Of a DNA stretch of 15,418 nucleotides, positions 13,576-15,418 are shown piece after piece. The DNA comes from Roseibacillus sp. GTDB taxonomy: Bacteria > Verrucomicrobiota > Verrucomicrobiia > Verrucomicrobiales > Akkermansiaceae. The DNA is taken from assembly GCA_965242925.1 (NCBI GenBank), contig CBDEUM010000023.1, positions 1 through 15,418 on the forward strand. The letters run 5' to 3'. Under the pieces are notes generated by a model, which was given only the letters and a program-made list of their open reading frames with translations, was not told where the DNA came from and searched no databases. Position 1 is the first letter of the stretch. Each line of letters opens with the position of its first letter. A program made the translations under genes and the position numbers.

Positions 13576-15418
13576 ATGGAAAACTCAATCGATCAGGACT
13601 TCAACGGAAACGGCACGGTCACGGCCAAACTTTGCCTCATTTGCATGTGCTTGACATTGGCGGGTTGGTCGGGATTCGGTCAGGATGCTCTTTCGCAAAA
13701 CAAGGCGCCAGCCGCCGAGAAATCCGAGAACATTTCTCCTCAAGTGCCCGGCTCCTGGCCGACGTACCGATTTAGCGACGGTCGCAGTGGCGCCACCAGC
13801 GAACGCCTTGATTTTCCCCTCGTCGAATCCTGGGTGCACAGGTCGAGGCTGGCGCCCAATCCCGCTTGGCCGGCCCCAGCGCGCCACAACTACCTCGGCA
13901 AGCAATACAACCTCCAACCACGCAACGTCGACGACCGCGCCTACCGCACGGTGATCAGCGGTGGACGGCTCTACTTCGGCTCGTCCGCAGATGACAAGGT
14001 CACCTGCGTCGACGCCTCAACGGGGGCGGTCCATTGGTCGTTCTTCACGGCAGGACCTGTTCGTTACGCGCCGGTCGTTGCCGAGGGCCGTCTGCTTTTC
14101 GGATCCGACGATGGATGGGTTTACTGCCTCGACGCCGCCAGCGGAGATCTCGTCTGGAAATATTCGTCACATGCGGAACGCCGCAGACTGGCGAACGACG
14201 GTGCCCTTATCTCGTCAGTCCCTGTACGAACCGGCCTCGTGGTCCGCGACGGAATCGCCTACTTCGCCAGCGGCCATTTTCCTCGTGAAGGAACATTTCA
14301 AACGGCTCTAAGAGTGGCGGACGGCTCGGTCGTATGGGAGACGGAGAAAAAGATTGCAGCGCAGGGATACCTTTTGGCCGGGGCCGGGCAACTTATTATT
14401 CCGATGGGGCGTGGTGTCCCATCGATTTTTGAGCTCCGCACCGGAAAGTTCGCTACGAAGGCGGCGGCTCGACGCGGTGGCACTTTCGGGTTGCTGACCG
14501 GCGATCTTTTGGTGACCGGGCCGGGCGATACCGAGAGTGGAGAGCTCGAGCTCCTGATCGGTGCGAGCCGGGTGCGACTCACCTCGTTCGCGGGTCGGCA
14601 TTTGATCGCCCATCAGGGCACTTTTTACCTGGTGAAGAAGGGGAGTCTGGTTGCAACAGACGCGAAAAAGGTGCGAACGGGCGGTGAAAACTACAGCGCC
14701 GACGGCTACGCGGGTCCCGAGTGGAAGCGCGACTGCAAAGAAACGGTCGCGCTGATTCTCGCAGGCGACCATCTCATCGCCGGCCAGAGGGATCGTGTGG
14801 TCGCCTTCCGCACGCGGGACGGCGAGATCGCATGGACGCAGCCCGTCGACGGTACGGCATACGATCTGGCGGTTGCAGAGGGGGCTCTCTTCGTCAGTAC
14901 GGACCGTGGTGCGATCTACTGCTTTGGCAAGAAGCGCGCCCGCTCAACTACGCCTTCCATTGTAGGCCAAGCCAAACCCCCGAAGCGCACCGAGGGTCCG
15001 AGCTTCGCCAAGGAGTCGGCCGCAACGATCCTGGCCCACGCTCCTTTGAAGAAGGGCTATGGGCTCGTCCTTGGCGGTGATGACGGCGAACTGATCCGCC
15101 GACTCGCCGAGGGAAGCGAACTGCGAGTCATCGGGGTCGCGTCCGACGCGGACCAAGTCGCCAAGATACGACAAACACTCGACCGCCAAGGCGTCTATGG
15201 CGGATCCGTGCGTGTTCACCAGGGGGATCTTCGCAGTCTCGACTATACCGATTACCTGTTCAATCTGCTGGTCGTCGATCCGTCCGTCGATCTGGGCCGT
15301 GACGACGACTCTATCGATGAGCTGTTCCGACTCCTGCGGCCGATGGGCGGCGCGGCGATGATCTACGTGGCGGACTCGACCAAGGCGGATGAGGTCGTGA
15401 CGCGCTGGCGTCGCAAGA
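13576..15418 (+). CDS. Secreted PQQ-binding-like (BamB-like) beta-propeller protein fused to a class I SAM methyltransferase-like domain; truncated by the window edge
   Basis: Frame +1 is open from 13333 to the end (manual translation; missing from the track). Likely ATG 13576. WPTYR..RSG; FGSSADDKVTCVDASTG..W; FGSDDGWVYCLDAASG; KGYGLVLGGDDG; ELFRLLRPMGG. Confidence 0.88.
   Translation, partial: MENSIDQDFNGNGTVTAKLCLICMCLTLAGWSGFGQDALSQNKAPAAEKSENISPQVPGSWPTYRFSDGRSGATSERLDFPLVESWVHRSRLAPNPAWPAPARHNYLGKQYNLQPRNVDDRAYRTVISGGRLYFGSSADDKVTCVDASTGAVHWSFFTAGPVRYAPVVAEGRLLFGSDDGWVYCLDAASGDLVWKYSSHAERRRLANDGALISSVPVRTGLVVRDGIAYFASGHFPREGTFQTALRVADGSVVWETEKKIAAQGYLLAGAGQLIIPMGRGVPSIFELRTGKFATKAAARRGGTFGLLTGDLLVTGPGDTESGELELLIGASRVRLTSFAGRHLIAHQGTFYLVKKGSLVATDAKKVRTGGENYSADGYAGPEWKRDCKETVALILAGDHLIAGQRDRVVAFRTRDGEIAWTQPVDGTAYDLAVAEGALFVSTDRGAIYCFGKKRARSTTPSIVGQAKPPKRTEGPSFAKESAATILAHAPLKKGYGLVLGGDDGELIRRLAEGSELRVIGVASDADQVAKIRQTLDRQGVYGGSVRVHQGDLRSLDYTDYLFNLLVVDPSVDLGRDDDSIDELFRLLRPMGGAAMIYVADSTKADEVVTRWRRK

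Noticed and set aside
13585..15219. Short ORFs listed in the track over the last 1.8 kb
   Set aside because: All are alternative frames or antisense to the continuous frame +1 propeller gene.

Overview
A GC-rich accessory region from a bacterium that is probably in the PVC superphylum (Verrucomicrobia-like, inferred from SHD1 domains, a PQQ-propeller/methyltransferase fusion and MORN-variant lipoproteins). Intact genes: a translationally coupled pair of SHD1-domain secreted proteins (one a double retropepsin), a sodium:solute symporter plus an unannotated 58-aa membrane partner, an SDR, a GH16 glucanase, a MORN_2/YwqK-like lipoprotein, a secreted multidomain protein, a small AT-rich lipoprotein, a 295-aa conserved hypothetical protein, and a PQQ-propeller/methyltransferase gene that runs off the right edge. 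The most striking signal is intergenic. Almost every gene boundary from 1 to 13.2 kb is built from pieces of a few recurring elements. Element A is a ~58-nt imperfect hairpin with AAC...GTT ends, resembling attC (6 copies). Element B is a hairpin plus promoter-like module (7 full or partial copies). Element C is the promoter of a lipoprotein family (4 copies), and element D is a short TGCACC-containing repeat. There are also six full, truncated or internally deleted members of one lipoprotein family. Four unrelated plus-strand cargo genes each sit between an upstream B and a downstream A, and two apparent empty units are present. This suggests a repeat-mediated gene capture/shuffling array. 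No integrase or transposase is visible in the window, so the mechanism is inference only.
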